Assembly (NCBI GenBank): GCA_000934665.2
Contig: JYFJ02001638.1
Coordinates: 62,001 to 125,643, forward strand
Source of the DNA: Catajapyx aquilonaris
Taxonomy: Eukaryota
DNA length: 63,643 bases
Reading direction: 5' to 3'
The notes beneath the pieces were generated by a model. The model saw only the letters and a list, made by a program, of their open reading frames with translations. It did not search any database and was not told where the DNA came from. Numbering within the stretch: position 1 is the stretch's first letter; every line of letters starts with the position of its first letter. Shown in pieces: positions 11,898 to 25,800 of the stretch. The translations under genes and the position numbers were made by a program.

Positions 11898-12130
11898 AAC
11901 CGACTCTGCTAACCAAAACCAATCCGATGGCCGGGCGAGGCACTCGGGCCAATCGGAAGCCGGGAACAAGCAGGCAGCCAATCGGTGACGAGTCTTCTCC
12001 CCCTGATCCGCAGGATGTCGAAAGTAGCCTAGCAGTTGAACCGACTTTGCTAAAACCAACCAATCGGAATCCTGGGGGGAGGCACTCGGACCAATCGGGA
12101 GCCGGGAAGCAGCCAGCCAATCAGCGACGA
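11898..12130 (+). repeat. Imperfect direct duplication of an about 90-bp unit, each copy with three CCAAT boxes
   Basis: Units at about 11898-11990 and 12040-12130 share ccgactytgctaa...ccaatc...aggcactcgg.ccaatcgg.agccgggaa...cagccaatc. Confidence 0.75.
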
Positions 12131-12191
12131 ATAAGCGAGGGTTTTTTTTCTATAGTTTATACACTTGAACCAGGGAGCATATACTACATAA

Positions 12192-12510
12192 GAGGCGCAA
12201 ACTTCTGTCGGCGCCTTTGATGTCCGCATCTCTCTGTTTGGGGCCGTTGCCAAGGCAGGCGGCCATCTTGAAGTGTGGGCTACGCCAACGAGGTATAAAT
12301 AGGGTACAGGCAAAAATTGGGTCCGCCATCTTTGATGGTTTTGGCGGCCATGGCAACTACAAGGCAAGAACACGCGCGAATCAAAGATGGCGGACCATAT
12401 CTTTGCCTGTACCCTATTTACACCTCGTTGGCGTTGCCCACACTTCAAAATGGCCGTCAGCCTTGGCAACGCCCCAAACAGAGAGACGCGGAAATGGAAT
12501 GTTTGCGCCT
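12192..12510. mobile_element. Foldback/MITE-like element with about 115-bp inverted arms
   Basis: 12222-12336 is largely the reverse complement of 12380-12492. Outer aggcgcaaac/gtttgcgcct pair. Confidence 0.75.
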
Positions 12511-15107
12511 CGTATATTCTCCCTGCTTGAACTTGCAGATGTACTAATCCTGGAAGGGACCATTTTACGCCTGTTTATTCTCCTCGAATGCGAGTGATTT
12601 TTATTCCCGGTTTTTTGGGGGGTTGAACTTGGCCATCAAGGTCCGGTTCCTTTTCCTTTCCGATCAAGGCCGCTTATGCACCCCCGCGTTTTCCCCGCGC
12701 GTTTCCGACCACTGGGGCGGAAAATCTGCGCGTCTTTTCCGGTTGTGTGAGCCCTCTAATTGGCCTGGTCCAACCTTGTATATACTATTCCTCCCCTCCC
12801 TTTCCAGCAGGCTTATATAGTCTCTCTCTTTCTGCAGGTCCTGATGAGGCTGCAACTTGAAAAAGCGTTTTCTCCGGATTAGAGGAAGGAAGCGTCCCTC
12901 TTTTTAAAACCCCGAGGCTGCTGCTGCCTCTCTTTTGTCCCCCCCTCCCCGGATTCTGGGATGTGTCCGGAGGAAATAGTTGGCAGCGTTATTACTGCGT
13001 CAGCCTCAGAATCTGATGACGTAAGGCCTCCTCCTCCTCTGGGTGTCCCTGTTCAAGTGCCTTATTCCCAGCCCTTCTGGCACCTTGCCCGTCCAATCCG
13101 ACCATCAATGATGCCAGGTCTTTGATCCCCCGGGCTGTCCCAACCACACAGAGGCGCGTGCCTCACATTTTTCGGACACATGCTCCCAATCAACCAGTTC
13201 TTGAACCCCCATCTACCTGTGTGTGACGCAGCCAAGTCCAGCCAAATTCATCAGGTGCTCGCTTCTATATGGTTTGGAAGAAGCGACGACCGTGCTGCAG
13301 TTAGGGCTTTTTAACTCGGCTGGCACGTGCGATGTGAATACAACCAACTTCAACAACGGTATAATTATATGAAACTTTGTCACCGCATAAGAGCCTGCAT
13401 AGAGTCTGAATCCGGCGAGTATTATAGTAGTGGCGGGTGCTTCCCCGCAATGCAAATAAAAGCGATTATTCGTTAGTTGAAAAGCGGCGGCGGCGACCGT
13501 GCCCGGATGGCTGGGCCCGGAAGGACAGTCATATCAGCGGATTCTACGCAAATATCCCGCTCACCTACTCCAATCATGTACTGCCTGTACATACATAATA
13601 TACATGTCGACTCTTGTTTCCTTTTTTTTTTCATTTGAGAGAGAGAGAGNGGGGGGGGGGGGAGGTTGGGTGGAGCGGGCATTCCCTATTGATTTTGGAA
13701 AGAGGAACCAGCAGGGATAATATTGCTCATTGGAGCAGGTACATAGAGAGAGCAGTGATGATGATGATGAGAGAGTGGATTTAGCAGCAGTGGTTATTAT
13801 CGCCACGTGATCAGACAACAAAGTTGTTTGTTTGTCCATTCTGGATAGATTCCATTCCATTCCATTCCATCCATTCCATAGATTCAAAGCCACAAACAAA
13901 TGATAGCTCGCAATATCACCAAATGGGAGTTAAAAGTTCGTCCGAATGGTTTGCAAAAAAAAGTGCAATGCACATTATAAGGGTCATTTTGGTAGCGCGT
14001 GATGCAGCACTAATTCGCGTGTTTGGGTTAGTTGTTTACTGCTTTCATTTTGTATACTTTGCTTCTGTGATAACCCCGGCGGGTATACGTAACCGGGCCT
14101 GAAGATTTTGGTCCCAATTGCAAATTAATGTTGATACAAAATTAGCACAGGGGGGGGGGGGGGGGGCCNTCCTCCCTCCTGAATAATAAATAGCGAACAG
14201 GGTGAGGCACCTGAGCTCTTTTAAAAATTTCGGCGGAGCAACCGCAGCCGCGTGTGCCGAATAATTTTTAAGCCGAAATCCTCCAGGCTTGAACTATATG
14301 GTCGGCTATATTAAATTCGCACTGGTCGAATTTTTGCATATCAGAGAGCGAAGTGTCGCTGCTGGTCCAGCCCAAGCCCGGCAGGCAAGGCACGTGCCTT
14401 TTGCAAATTGAACTATTGAAAAGTCACTCACTACTTTTTATACCGACTGATGTGGTACGTGCAGAATACGAACGCACGTTTTTTTTTGGCCAACTCCGCA
14501 CAGAAAAAAAGTATCCATCAGATTTTGTGACAAACACCATATAAGCTATAGTGCGGTCCTTATTTTGGTCTGGCAATTGATTGATTGATTGGTTGGTGAG
14601 GAGTGGTAGCAATAATAATAATAATAATGGAAAAATCAGTGCCGATGGATTTATTATTATTTTTGGAAGGGTGGAAGAGGGTTGTGCGAGGGGATTACAA
14701 GTGAGTAATCGAGTTTGCAGAGGCCCTCTCCTGGCACTGAAACTGCATTGGAGTGTTTGCTCTTCTCGGGACGCCCAGGATTGGCACCCAATTAGGAGGA
14801 AAGGGAATGGGGAGGCAGAGAGTATACCATTGGCAATGCCTGCGAATGCAGCAGGTTAACAAGTGGATGAGGCAGGTCACCTCAGGCGTTAGGTCATAGG
14901 AATGATAGGCTATAGGTTAGGTTTGGATCCATAGACACATAATCCTCTTATTCTCTCTGTCCACAAGTTTGTCCTGCCATAAACAAGTAGGTGGTAGTTA
15001 TATACCGTAGTTTTCACTTTCCCCGAGAGGACATGTAGCCGTCAGAGAGGGTGGGACCCACTTCGATGGAGGCGAGACGCGCGTGCTGGTTGTAGCACCC
15101 TGGTGGG

Positions 15108-15187
15108 GTTTGTCCGAGGTGACTGATCACCAACGTGCATGTAGTACTACTTTCCCCCTGAGAGTGGCAGGAGTGTGCTGAGGGAGA
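15108..15187 (+). repeat. Dispersed repeat family A, copy 1
   Basis: tttgtccgaggtgactgatcaccaacgtgcatgtagtactactttcc recurs at about 40977. gtggcaggagtg...gagggag is shared with the 17.4-kb copy. Confidence 0.65.
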
Positions 15188-17422
15188 GCCTGGTCTATCC
15201 ACTACTGTAGGGTTAGGTTAGGTTATGTCGAGTTAGGGTGCAGGCGTGTATAGTGTGAGGGATGGTTATTTCTTTCATCTTTCGGGATGTGAGCACCGAC
15301 TGCTTAGTGTATGATGCTGGGGCACCTCTCTCTCTGAATCGACCTTGCACCGCCGATGTCAGCATCCACCACGGCGCTTTTGGCTCCCCCCTTGACACGG
15401 CGCATGCCTCGCCCGTGCCTGTGCTTCCCCTAGCCTGCCCCTGCCTGCCTGCGGATGGTCCGTCCGTCATTCCGGACCACAAGTCGACCAGTCAGCGTTT
15501 GAGTTGCGTCACCGACACACACATACAGACACACACCCACACATCCGATGCTGCTGACACTTGGTTTGAACATACCGGTCGAATCACCCAACCTAAACAG
15601 TGCTAACCAGTGAGTGTGTGTTTGGTGACTGGTGATCAGTGACCTGCCTGTGTTTGGTGACGCCCTCGCAGGGTCAGACAGCAGCAGCCCGGGGTTGACC
15701 AGCACCGCATTATTTTGTAAGGAAGGGCGGCCTGGAGGAACTCCACAGGTGGAATCCCCTCGCCCCGCGTCTATTTCTGGCTGCTCCAAACCCCCCTCGA
15801 CACATCAACCCTCAGCAGCTGATGCACCAAGGTAAAGCACCACACGAGAAGAAGTGTACTCGTATAAGTTGGGTCACATCAGGCAGGGCATGGAGCGAGA
15901 CCCTTGAACCGCCATGCTGCCTCGTATAGGCTGTACAATGTTTTGTCCCAGCGCGTTGATGCACCTGATCGAACCTGAAACCAAGGGTATTTAGAGGCTA
16001 CCCCATGCGAGTGATTCGTCATTCCGACCCTCTGCACTCCTCTCGCCCTGCACACAATTGAGGAAGTGTATGGCTCTCTCTATATACAAGCACAGCAGCA
16101 CCCTGACTGAATTATGCAGCTGCTCGATACGCGTCAAGCCCATTACAGTACCTACACAGCTCCATTACAATTCTACGGGTTTTAATATATTTTTTACGAG
16201 CCTGCAAATGGAAATTAGCTGTTAACCCCAATAAACTGGGAGTCTGCTTGATTAGACGCTCCTCTACATAATGCAACTACACACTATATAGTCTCCATCG
16301 AAAAAAAACAACCCCTTCGTTTACTGTTGCGTTGTGTAATGGGCTTTAATACAGGCATTAACTTTTCCCAAACACCCGAGAGAGCATAGGGAGTCGGAAA
16401 TCATTTATTATGCATGCACGCAGATTATTATTATTATTGCTGAACTCGTTAGAATCATCCGGGAGGGGAATATTCGTGCCCTTTACTTTTTCCACCTCGT
16501 TTTTATTTTTCGGCAAAAATAAAAAATAATGAAGGTCCGTGTGAGAGACAGGCTTGTTCATTAATGTCGTCCCGCCCTGAAAAAAAAGAGGCAGTAACTG
16601 CAATGTGTCGCCTATTTCTTACTCGCGGTTAATTGCTAACTACTGCAGCCGTCTAATGGAGTTGGACCCCCCCCCCAAAATTAATTCCATCTTACGTTGC
16701 CACAGGTGCGTTCACAAGCCGCTAAATTAACAAAAAGGTCCGGTTGTATGTGAAGGCAAATTAAAGCACATATTATGGGGTAGAGGAATTCGTAATGCGC
16801 GTATCTCATAGTATAAGTGGTAGAGTTTCTCTGCATGTTCAAATGTCCCGGCTACCTAACCCACTTTCGGACTACTGAGAGTCCTGCACACTCGCGAACA
16901 ATAATAAATGATTTTAATATTTTGCAGTTGACAATAATTCCAACGCGCAGAGCATGGAAGCGACCTTGACCTTACAAATGAATGTGCTCGATTTTAAGCT
17001 CGCAATTTATTCTGCGGCATGACCAGGCCTGCCTACATGAAAGAGAGTGCGTTTGGTATAGCAGCCCTAACTTGTTTGTGGCTGCGTAACAGGTTTAGTT
17101 CGAAGATAGGCTCTTCTTGTCATGGGGGGGGGGGGGNNNNNNNNNGCAAATCCCAATTAAAGTGAGGCTGTTACGCCACTCTCGCCCTGCTTAATTTCTT
17201 ATCGCTCACACGCCTGGTTTTAGCTCAATGTGCGGCTTTGTTATTCATTTAACAGTTAGTTTTCGCTGTATTCTTACAGCCTGTTCTTGAATGACGATGA
17301 GCGAACCTCCGGAGAGGAGAGGAAATAAAACCCTGTTAAATTTATAACGAGCTTCAGTGACTGATAAGCCCCAAGAGTCCACTACAGGGAGTTCCATTAT
17401 AATATATCTCCTAATGGGCTTA

Positions 17423-17566
17423 TTCTCTCCGTCTGATGTTTGTCCGATAGTACCACAATCTCTCGCGCGACCCGAGGGTGGCAGGAGTGAGCAGAGGGAG
17501 TGGCGCCATCTACGCGTGAAAAATAGTACTATACGTGGTAAATCGGCGGGCCATCTCATATTAAAG
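17423..17566 (+). repeat. Dispersed repeat family A, copy 2
   Basis: About 140 bp closely matching the reverse complement of 22696-22829. Confidence 0.8.
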
Positions 17567-20500
17567 CTGACATATACGGATTGTATATAGATTTTGCCAA
17601 ATTTTGGCAACGGGCGCACTAGTTTTAAAATAATATTCTGGGATGAGGCTCGGCAGCATGCCCAGATGGTCGCCAGTGGTTATTGAAATAATTAGTAATA
17701 ATAATGCAGTAATTAAACGACCTTCCAATAAATTCCCACCCTCTACGTTAGACTAATTATGAAGCACCCTGTGTCTGACCCCACAAAAAGAGTTCCCTTT
17801 TTTTTTTGCATCATTAGAGATTCTACGAGATCCTCTTCGCCTAGAGAGAGAGAGATTAAATAATTGAGCTTTGCCCCTGAACTAGACAAGAGTTTTCCAT
17901 CCCAGGCCTGTACTACGTAGGTCTGCTTTTTATTATGCTTTTCCTCCAAGAGTGTGCATAATCTCATGAATTTATTACGAAGGTCGCTTGTCCCGGAGGC
18001 CTCTTAAATTATTATAGTCATCAGACACTACACAACAGCTGTGTGTAGACTGTATATATACGGCACCACACATGCTTGCTAATTTCATTATTTGAAGCTG
18101 GGAATGCTGCATAATGACGCTCCTTTAAAATGGTCGATTTCATCCACCGTTTAACTACAGTTTTTGATTAAACTTACGATTGGACAATGAATGCTGGGTA
18201 GGTGTGTCCACGCAGCTTCTATTAGCAGCTAATTACATTTCGACAACCACTAAAAGCATCATGTGTAGATTGGAAAAACATCCGGCTTGTTCATCCTGGA
18301 TGTCGAGGGCAACCCAAGAGCCTCTCTCGTTGTGCGGGACAGACCAATCGCTAGGATAGGAGGAAAACATCCTCCAAGTTGTCTCCTGCTCAATATCATT
18401 TTCACTGTGCAAAAATTAAGCCTGCAGTGCTATTATTTTATTTGCTGCGTAGGAAAGTCGGGTCTCCCTCGTTAGGGTTTCGTGGTCCTTTGAAGTCATT
18501 ACTTCGGATGGGTCGGAGGATGATGATGTGATTGGGTTTCCTTACTAAGCCGGAAGCCGATTGTGTTTCTGTGTCTCATATACTGCGTGGGTACAGGATG
18601 AAAGATGCTGGAAAAAAGAATGACTGGCAGAAGCTCAGCAGAGATTTAGTCGTCAGCACAGGATGATGGGAACGTATATTTTTATACACTTTTTTTTTAC
18701 CGTCGTGAGCCTCTTTGGTGTTTTCCTCCTTTTCGTTTAGCGAAAACAACATTTTCCCGAAGTGAGGCTTATTGTACAACATCCCTAGGTTTCGTTTCAA
18801 AACTATTTCAATCCGCACTTGACCCGGATCAGACAGCGCTTATTTGCGGCTGGAAACTGCGCAGTGCCCACTTTATGGTTTTCAAAAAAATATGCTCGGG
18901 CTACTGTAAATTGCGATTATTATCATCAGCAAATTGTTGAAAAATGGCTGGACATAAAAGTGGCTGCTCCTTGATTTTTGAAATGCGCGTACGATGGGGG
19001 CTAGAGTAGTTTGGAACTCACCTCGTCGAATTAATTACCGACACGTGTTGCAGGTAATGGAAGCAAATATTCCTGTCGAACTAATTGCGGCAGGTGTAAT
19101 GAAAAAGGTTTAATTACGACAAAATATGCGGCCTTGGCAGTCGCCATTTACCTGCGTAACAACTGAACGGGTACTTCAAGTCCAGCATACTTATTATACT
19201 GTATATGTTGGAATCCTCCTAGTCTGTTGGCATATATGTCCGCCGGATGCGGGTTCTGATTTGATCCGGATAACCTGCCCCGTATTTTGAATCGCGTCAA
19301 AGTAATCCCATCCAACCCCCGTTTTATCGGATACTTCCGCCTTAGGATTTGCACCAAATCATCCCACTGCTACTAACGCAACTAGACGAATTGGACGAAA
19401 TTAAATTTGGCGATCCTCTTTTGCAAAAAAAAGAGAGAGAGAGAGCCACCGCTTTTTAAACGAAAGAGCGGCCTAAAGCCGCATTTGCATATCGAGTAAC
19501 CAAACATTTTACTAAACCTGTAGTGAATATTGCGCTGTGTAACTGTGCCACAGAGTAACTGCGTAAAAATGTCGTACGACCACAATCGTACGCACATTAT
19601 TGTCGAGTTCCTTGCCTTGATTAGAATATTGATACAACAGGTGCATGAATATTATTTATTGGTCGATTTATTCATGTTGTTACGCCGAATTTGTCTGGAG
19701 TTTCGTGTTTTTGCATAATGTCCACACGTGGCGTGTGTTGGAGACCTTGACCCACTTTACGCTGATATAGTGACCACCACTAATTAGTCTGAATAATCCG
19801 TGCAGATTCATGTTTGTGCACGTGAGGATCTCCAAGTCAAATGTTGTTTCCTTCTTCCTCCTCTTCCTCCTCCTCCTCTTCTTCTTCGTCATGTGTATGT
19901 TTTTGAAATGGGAAAAGAAGAAGGGGGGCTGGCAATTACCGTGCGATTCCAAGCCTGGATTGTAATTCGGCGAGTCCCAACAGCCTAGTTATAAAACCCT
20001 CCTCCTCCCATTTCCCCCCCTCTTTTCTGCTCTGCTGAGAGAAAAGAGCTCTGTGCAAAATCCTGAGACGCAAATATGATCTTCTGCTGGGCTTGGGTTG
20101 TGGAAAGGGTTGGGAAGAGAGAGGGGGGAGGGGGAAGGAGGAGGAGGCGTTTCTGCACAGCGTTCAATATTTACTGCTTGAACAAGCCTTGCCTTTCCTT
20201 CCTCGCCTGCCACGGGCCATCATCGCCCCTCATCATCCTAATCATAATAAGGACTCGGAACTATCCACCAGCATGCACTGGTGCACTGGAACTATACAAC
20301 ATACTACACTGCAAATTTGAATTCAATTACCCCCCGATTTCCCACGAAGTACCTTACGTCGCTCACAGATGGCGCACCCTCCCTCTCTGCACAGTGCTGC
20401 CACTCTCCGGATGCAATGGGTACTATCAGCTCGGACAAACAAGAGAGATGACTCCAGCTAATGCCTCGCAGCACTGCTGTCCAAACGAATGGAGATGAAT

Positions 20501-20874
20501 AGCTTCCATTATGTGACGCGAAGTCGACAGTGTCTGACGGCGACCCCCGTCATCCGCTCGTGTTTATCATTTCGATGGATTTAATTATTTCTGCGAATCG
20601 TCGCTTGGAGGATATAGTGCTGCCAGGGGGCGATGCACGTCGTTGCGACGAAGTTATGGTGAAAAGGAGTGGCGTCTGGTGCTTGGCTGCAGGTGCCGGA
20701 TGGTCGTTACAACTCCCGTCGTCGTCGACGCAGGTTAATAACGCCGTCGTTGGCAGTGCAGAAACAGCCCCGTCATCACAGGGGAAAAAGTTTTGATCCG
20801 TCACTGTCACTTTAGGAGCTCAACTGCAGCCCTAAACTAATCTCCAGCTCAGCGTTTAAGATGAATAGTGGGCC

Positions 20875-20941
20875 GGTTCCGAAACGGGTTCGCACGGGTT
20901 CGCATCCACGGTTTACGTGGAACTGAACCCGTTTCGGAACC
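20875..20941. repeat. Short hairpin with perfect 17-bp arms
   Basis: ggttccgaaacgggttc ... gaacccgtttcggaacc. Confidence 0.75.
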
Positions 20942-22424
20942 CCTCAAAAAGGTAGTTGAAGTGGGTCCATTTGATTTTGGAGTGACCGGATCCGATTTGA
21001 AAAGGGCAATGTTGAGGCAGGTCCCTTTCAACTGCAGATGACGGGATAAAATTGCGAATTATTGGCGTTTTGATTGCGAAAAAAAAGAGAGGGTCCCGAG
21101 TGTGTGTGTGCTTCGGGTCGTTTTTCCTTCCGCTCTTTTTTTTTTTTTAAATCCAGCGTTGGCTCCAACCTCGCCTGAAGGTGGGGAAAACTAATTAATT
21201 GGCTAGTATAACTCCTGATTCGCACAAAAAAAAAGTGGCCACCATCACGGCGCGGGTTAAAAAAAGTGATGAGAAACGCCCGGGTCATTTCGCAAATTGT
21301 TGGACTCTCGTAACTTTAAAGGGGCCTCATCCGGTCGGGGGGTCAGATTCAATTCAATAGAGGTGTTCGTCCGGTGTGCAATTTACTCGCAAATGTTGGC
21401 GCAACGGTTAAGTTATTACCATCTGCAATACCTTTTTTATCCCGAAGCTTGTCCGCATGCCATTTATGTGAGGGATATGGCACTACGGGTCTAGAGAGCT
21501 TTTTTTTTTTTGCTTTTGTTTTGAAACTGGCTCTTTCCTGTCGTTGGCTCTGAGAGAGACGGGGATCGATCTCTGCTCAGTCACACTAGGCCTGGTCTTC
21601 ATTAGGACAGAGTGATCCCCCACCCACCCCTCTCTCTAAACCCAAAGTGCCACACTTGGAAATGGAATTACAGTGTCTTGTCCCCCCCTCTCCTGCTGCT
21701 GCCACGGTTGGCTCTCACCGTTGACACGAGTGTCTTCGGGGAGCCTGAACTTTGACCGCCTTCGTCTTATCGAACCGACTCCAGTCGTGGACAGACAGCC
21801 TAGTTCTTTCTGTTGTGGGCGTCCTTCGCAGAGTCAATAATATTCCAGCTTATTATTAGGCATGTTAATCTGGGAGTCGATTCCAAGACCATTAGAATAT
21901 GCACTGCCTGCTGTTGGTGCTGCAGCAGCAACAGTTTGTTTCAATCTCCAGATACGTCCGGATGCAGCCGGTCAGCAACAGTTGGCTGCCTGGCTCACTC
22001 TCCTGCTACGTATGCTCTATCAGCTTATTCTTTTTTGATAACAATAAGCTAAAGTAATACTGTTCAGGGTGGGGGGGGGGGGGNGGGGGGGGGGGGGGGG
22101 AAATATGCTAATAATACTTCAATTTGGAACAATTCCGGATATTGTAATGGACTGGACGATGGCACTCCGGATATGATCTTATCCTGATTTTCAGTCCGGG
22201 TCCAAAGCACGGTAATTACTCTCATTTAGGTTAATGTCCGGCATTCCGATCCTATTTGCAAACTTTGTTGGCCGCCCACAACATCCATTAGCAGCTAAAA
22301 TGTCGGGCTAGGAATCCTGCCATTTTCAGTGGAAACGCGCGTCTCTGATCGCTGTCGAAACGTCACTTGATGAGTCACTACGGACAGACAGAGTCTCGCT
22401 TAGCCAATTCTATATGAACCCGTT

Positions 22425-22666
22425 TGCCAACATATCTGCCGTCAGATATGAGAAGACCGTAACTCAATGTCCACTTCCCCTTGCGGCGAGAGAAAAAGCA
22501 GAGGTACCAAAAGCACCCAACAGATGGAGTTGGGGTGCCGTTCCCTTTCCCCCCTTCCCCCAACGCCACCTCTTGGATGCTTTCGGTAACACTTGCTTTC
22601 TTTTCTCGCCGCAAGGGAAGTGGATATTGAGTTACGGTCCTCTCACATCTGACGGCAGATTTGGCA
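22425..22666. mobile_element. Foldback/MITE-like element with about 110-bp inverted arms
   Basis: atctgccgtcagatatgagaagaccgtaactcaatgtccacttcccc... pairs with ...gggaagtggatattgagttacggtcctctcacatctgacggcagat. Confidence 0.78.
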
Positions 22667-22695
22667 GAATGAGTGTGAGAGTGACAAGGAAACAA

Positions 22696-22829
22696 CTTTA
22701 ATGAGATGGCCCGCCTATTTACCAAGTAGTACTGTTCTTCACGCGCAGATGGCGCACTCTCCCGGCCACCCTCAGGTCGTGCGAGAGATAGTGGTACTAC
22801 CTTGTCGGACAAACATCAGACGGAGAGAA
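22696..22829 (-). repeat. Dispersed repeat family A, copy 3 (inverted)
   Basis: Reverse complement of 17423-17566 with small indels. Confidence 0.8.
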
Positions 22830-25800
22830 CCTAAGCCTGTTTGTAGGAGAAATGCTGCCATCTACCGTGGCAGTGTTGGAGATAATAAGGCGAGTGTTGG
22901 AGATACGAGGATTTCTCTCTCCTTTCTCTGGCTATCTCTCCTTCCAAGCCACTAATGACTGCGGGCTTGGGGGCGGGGTATACTTTATATAGTATATATG
23001 TAAGGGCTGCTGAGGAGTGGGAGGTATAGAAGGAGAGGGGCAACGTTCTTTTCCTTCCTCCGAGGCTTCTCCGCAATCTTGAGTAAGAGGATGGGGCTCA
23101 ATTAATTTATGCTTCGAGTTGGGCCTAATTACATCGGGGCCTGGGGCTACAATGAGCCAAGCTCCACCCCCCTCAGGCAATGCCTCTCTAGTGAAAAACC
23201 CTCTCTCTTCCTTCCTGCCTGCCTGCCTGCTATCTCCCGGAAGCACTTGGCCAGGCGAGCCCAGCTTAAGTCTCCAGGCATGGCTATATATGTGCACTGC
23301 CAGTAGTACATACACATGCATGTACCGAGTTTATTATAATTTTTTGGGGTGGTGCAACGAGAAACCCCAGCTCAGCCGCAGCCTAATGAATGAGGCCATT
23401 GTACATACGTTGCCCACCTTTATTTGAGCATATTATGTCGGCTATAATGAGCTCAAATGCGCCTCCAGCTCAAATCACAGGGTGGGCCAATAATAATATT
23501 GCAACCGGGTTTAAAGAGAAGCAACAATTGCGCAAGTAATATGTTGCTTCCAAACGAGTCAACCTGGCAACCGACTGTTTAACTTAACCGGCTGAATATA
23601 CGTTCTGGTTAGCCACTAATCAACCGATTATCCGCAGCGTACATGAGTGTATGGCTTGTTGCGCTGTAGTATTTTGGCACGGGGGGGCTAATTTGCGGGA
23701 GGGCTAATTTTTTTCCTCTGCGAAATATTACTTTAGCAGCGCATATTGATTAGCTGATAAGCACCAATCGTCAATGGCGTGTTAATCCGGTACGGGACTG
23801 CTGCTCTTCCATGATTGGCAGGAACTGGTCAGCGCGACATGATGTAACAGTGATTGGGGGGGGGGGGGGGGNGGGGGGGCATGATCCCAGGGAATTTGGC
23901 AGGTGTCCACACTGCCCAGTAACAACACAACATTTGTCCATCAGCTGATTGAAACTGGAAAGTAATTGTCGCAAATGTAGGTCTTAGCCTACATTTTGAA
24001 AACACATGTAAAAATCGTCGTTATTTTTAAATGAATTTTTATGTTTTTTGTTTGAAGAAATACGTGCTAGTTTTTGAGCTACGATAGATCAAAGATAGCC
24101 ATATTTCCCTCTGACGTCACTGCGGCTAAACAGATGGGCGCAGAGGCAGGAACACACCCGGGCTGCTTTGTCCTTTTGTTTGTTTGCTTCGATGGCGCTC
24201 CTAACAACGGAATCGAACGACCGCCAGTAAAAGCAGGTGCTGTTTATGAACGTATACGTCACTACGGTGTTAACTATTATCAGGCAGGAATCGCAATGCG
24301 CCCGTTAGGCCACGCCCCATGTCCCCCCGCTTAATTTGAGAGAGATTTTTACCCAACCCCCGATAATTTACATTTTGGGTGCTGAAAAGTGGTGGAATGA
24401 GTGCTGCGTACACATTCCCCAAATCCCAAGGATAGGACCCAATAGTCCGAAGAAGAGCAGGATGTAAGGGGGGGGGGGGGNNNNNNNGGGGGGGGAAGAG
24501 ATCACAGGAGCCTCTTTTTCTCGAGGAGGTTGTTGTTTCGTGTGTGGGTTGGAATAGGGTCGAAGGTGAATCGGAAACTTTTGCCCCCGTTGCCATGCAC
24601 TTAGCTGGAATCGATGGGAATGAAGGAATTAAGGAGGCAGTTTTGGGCTGGAAGAAAAAAGGAGCTCGGCGCTTTCCCCCTGATCTTCCTTCGACTTCTT
24701 GATCGGCTTCACAGGATGCTGCTGGCTGCTTCTGCTCAATCTTTATATATATATATATATAGAGAGAGCGCATTCATCGCAGCTCCCCGATACAGCTTTT
24801 CTTGTGGCGAAAGGAGGCGGATTAAGATGGGGGCGTCACCGCACCCTGTTGCCGCAATTGGTTTTCCGCAATTCGCACAGAGGAATATGCTCCTTTTTTG
24901 GAAGCTATATAGGAGTGCAAAGTGCTGGGCGTGGAAGGCAGAGAAGATAAAGCTGATCCTGGCTCATGCGGGGCTAATCCAGTGCTGATTCTGCCCAACT
25001 CTGCACCACTTTTGTAGGCCACCTAACTAACTTACCAGCAGTGTACAAACTGCGTAGATTGTACTATACGTAAGTGATCCTTACTGTACAGTATTTCGCC
25101 TGAAATCGTAATACCAGTTCGGGGCTTGTTCCTTTGTAGTTTAAGCCTGCAAATTAATTTCCTGCTGCTTGCCAGAGGAACTTTTTGCAAAAAAAAGGGT
25201 ACGTAAAATGTATGTGTCCGACGCAGGTTTGGCCCCGAAAAAAATCTAGGCCGCATTGCGTTTTACAGTGAACACAAATCCGGTACAATGTGTGCGCAAT
25301 GGAGGCCGCGTCAAAAGGACGTCAAACGAGTGGGGCTTACCGCTCTTGTCCTGCACATTCGCTGTACCTTTTGCCGTGAGGGTTAATCCGCACTTATTAC
25401 TGATTCATACACTGAGTGCTCAGAAGGGTTGCCATGAAAATGTTGCCAAAACACTTGATTGTTATGGTAAGCGCCTGCAATTAGCGGTAGTGCCGCGCTA
25501 TTTATTTTTGTTGCGGATTTTTTAAATGCGGCGCAGTACCTTGTTTAAAACGGCAGAGTCCATTACGTGTTCAGTACTGTACAAGTGCGCATAGTAATGC
25601 GCGTTTTATATTATTTTATGAAAAGCCCCGTAGCTTCAGTCTGCGGGGATCGCATGTACAAGGTGAGTCATAGCTGTTGGCCCTTTCATTGCACCGTAAT
25701 AAGCAAGAGCTCGCAAATTGAATGTGCAAAACCAGCTCAGAGGTGTGCTAAATGACTCTTTTTTTCATATCTGGAGAAAGAATTGCTCATTCTGTGGATT

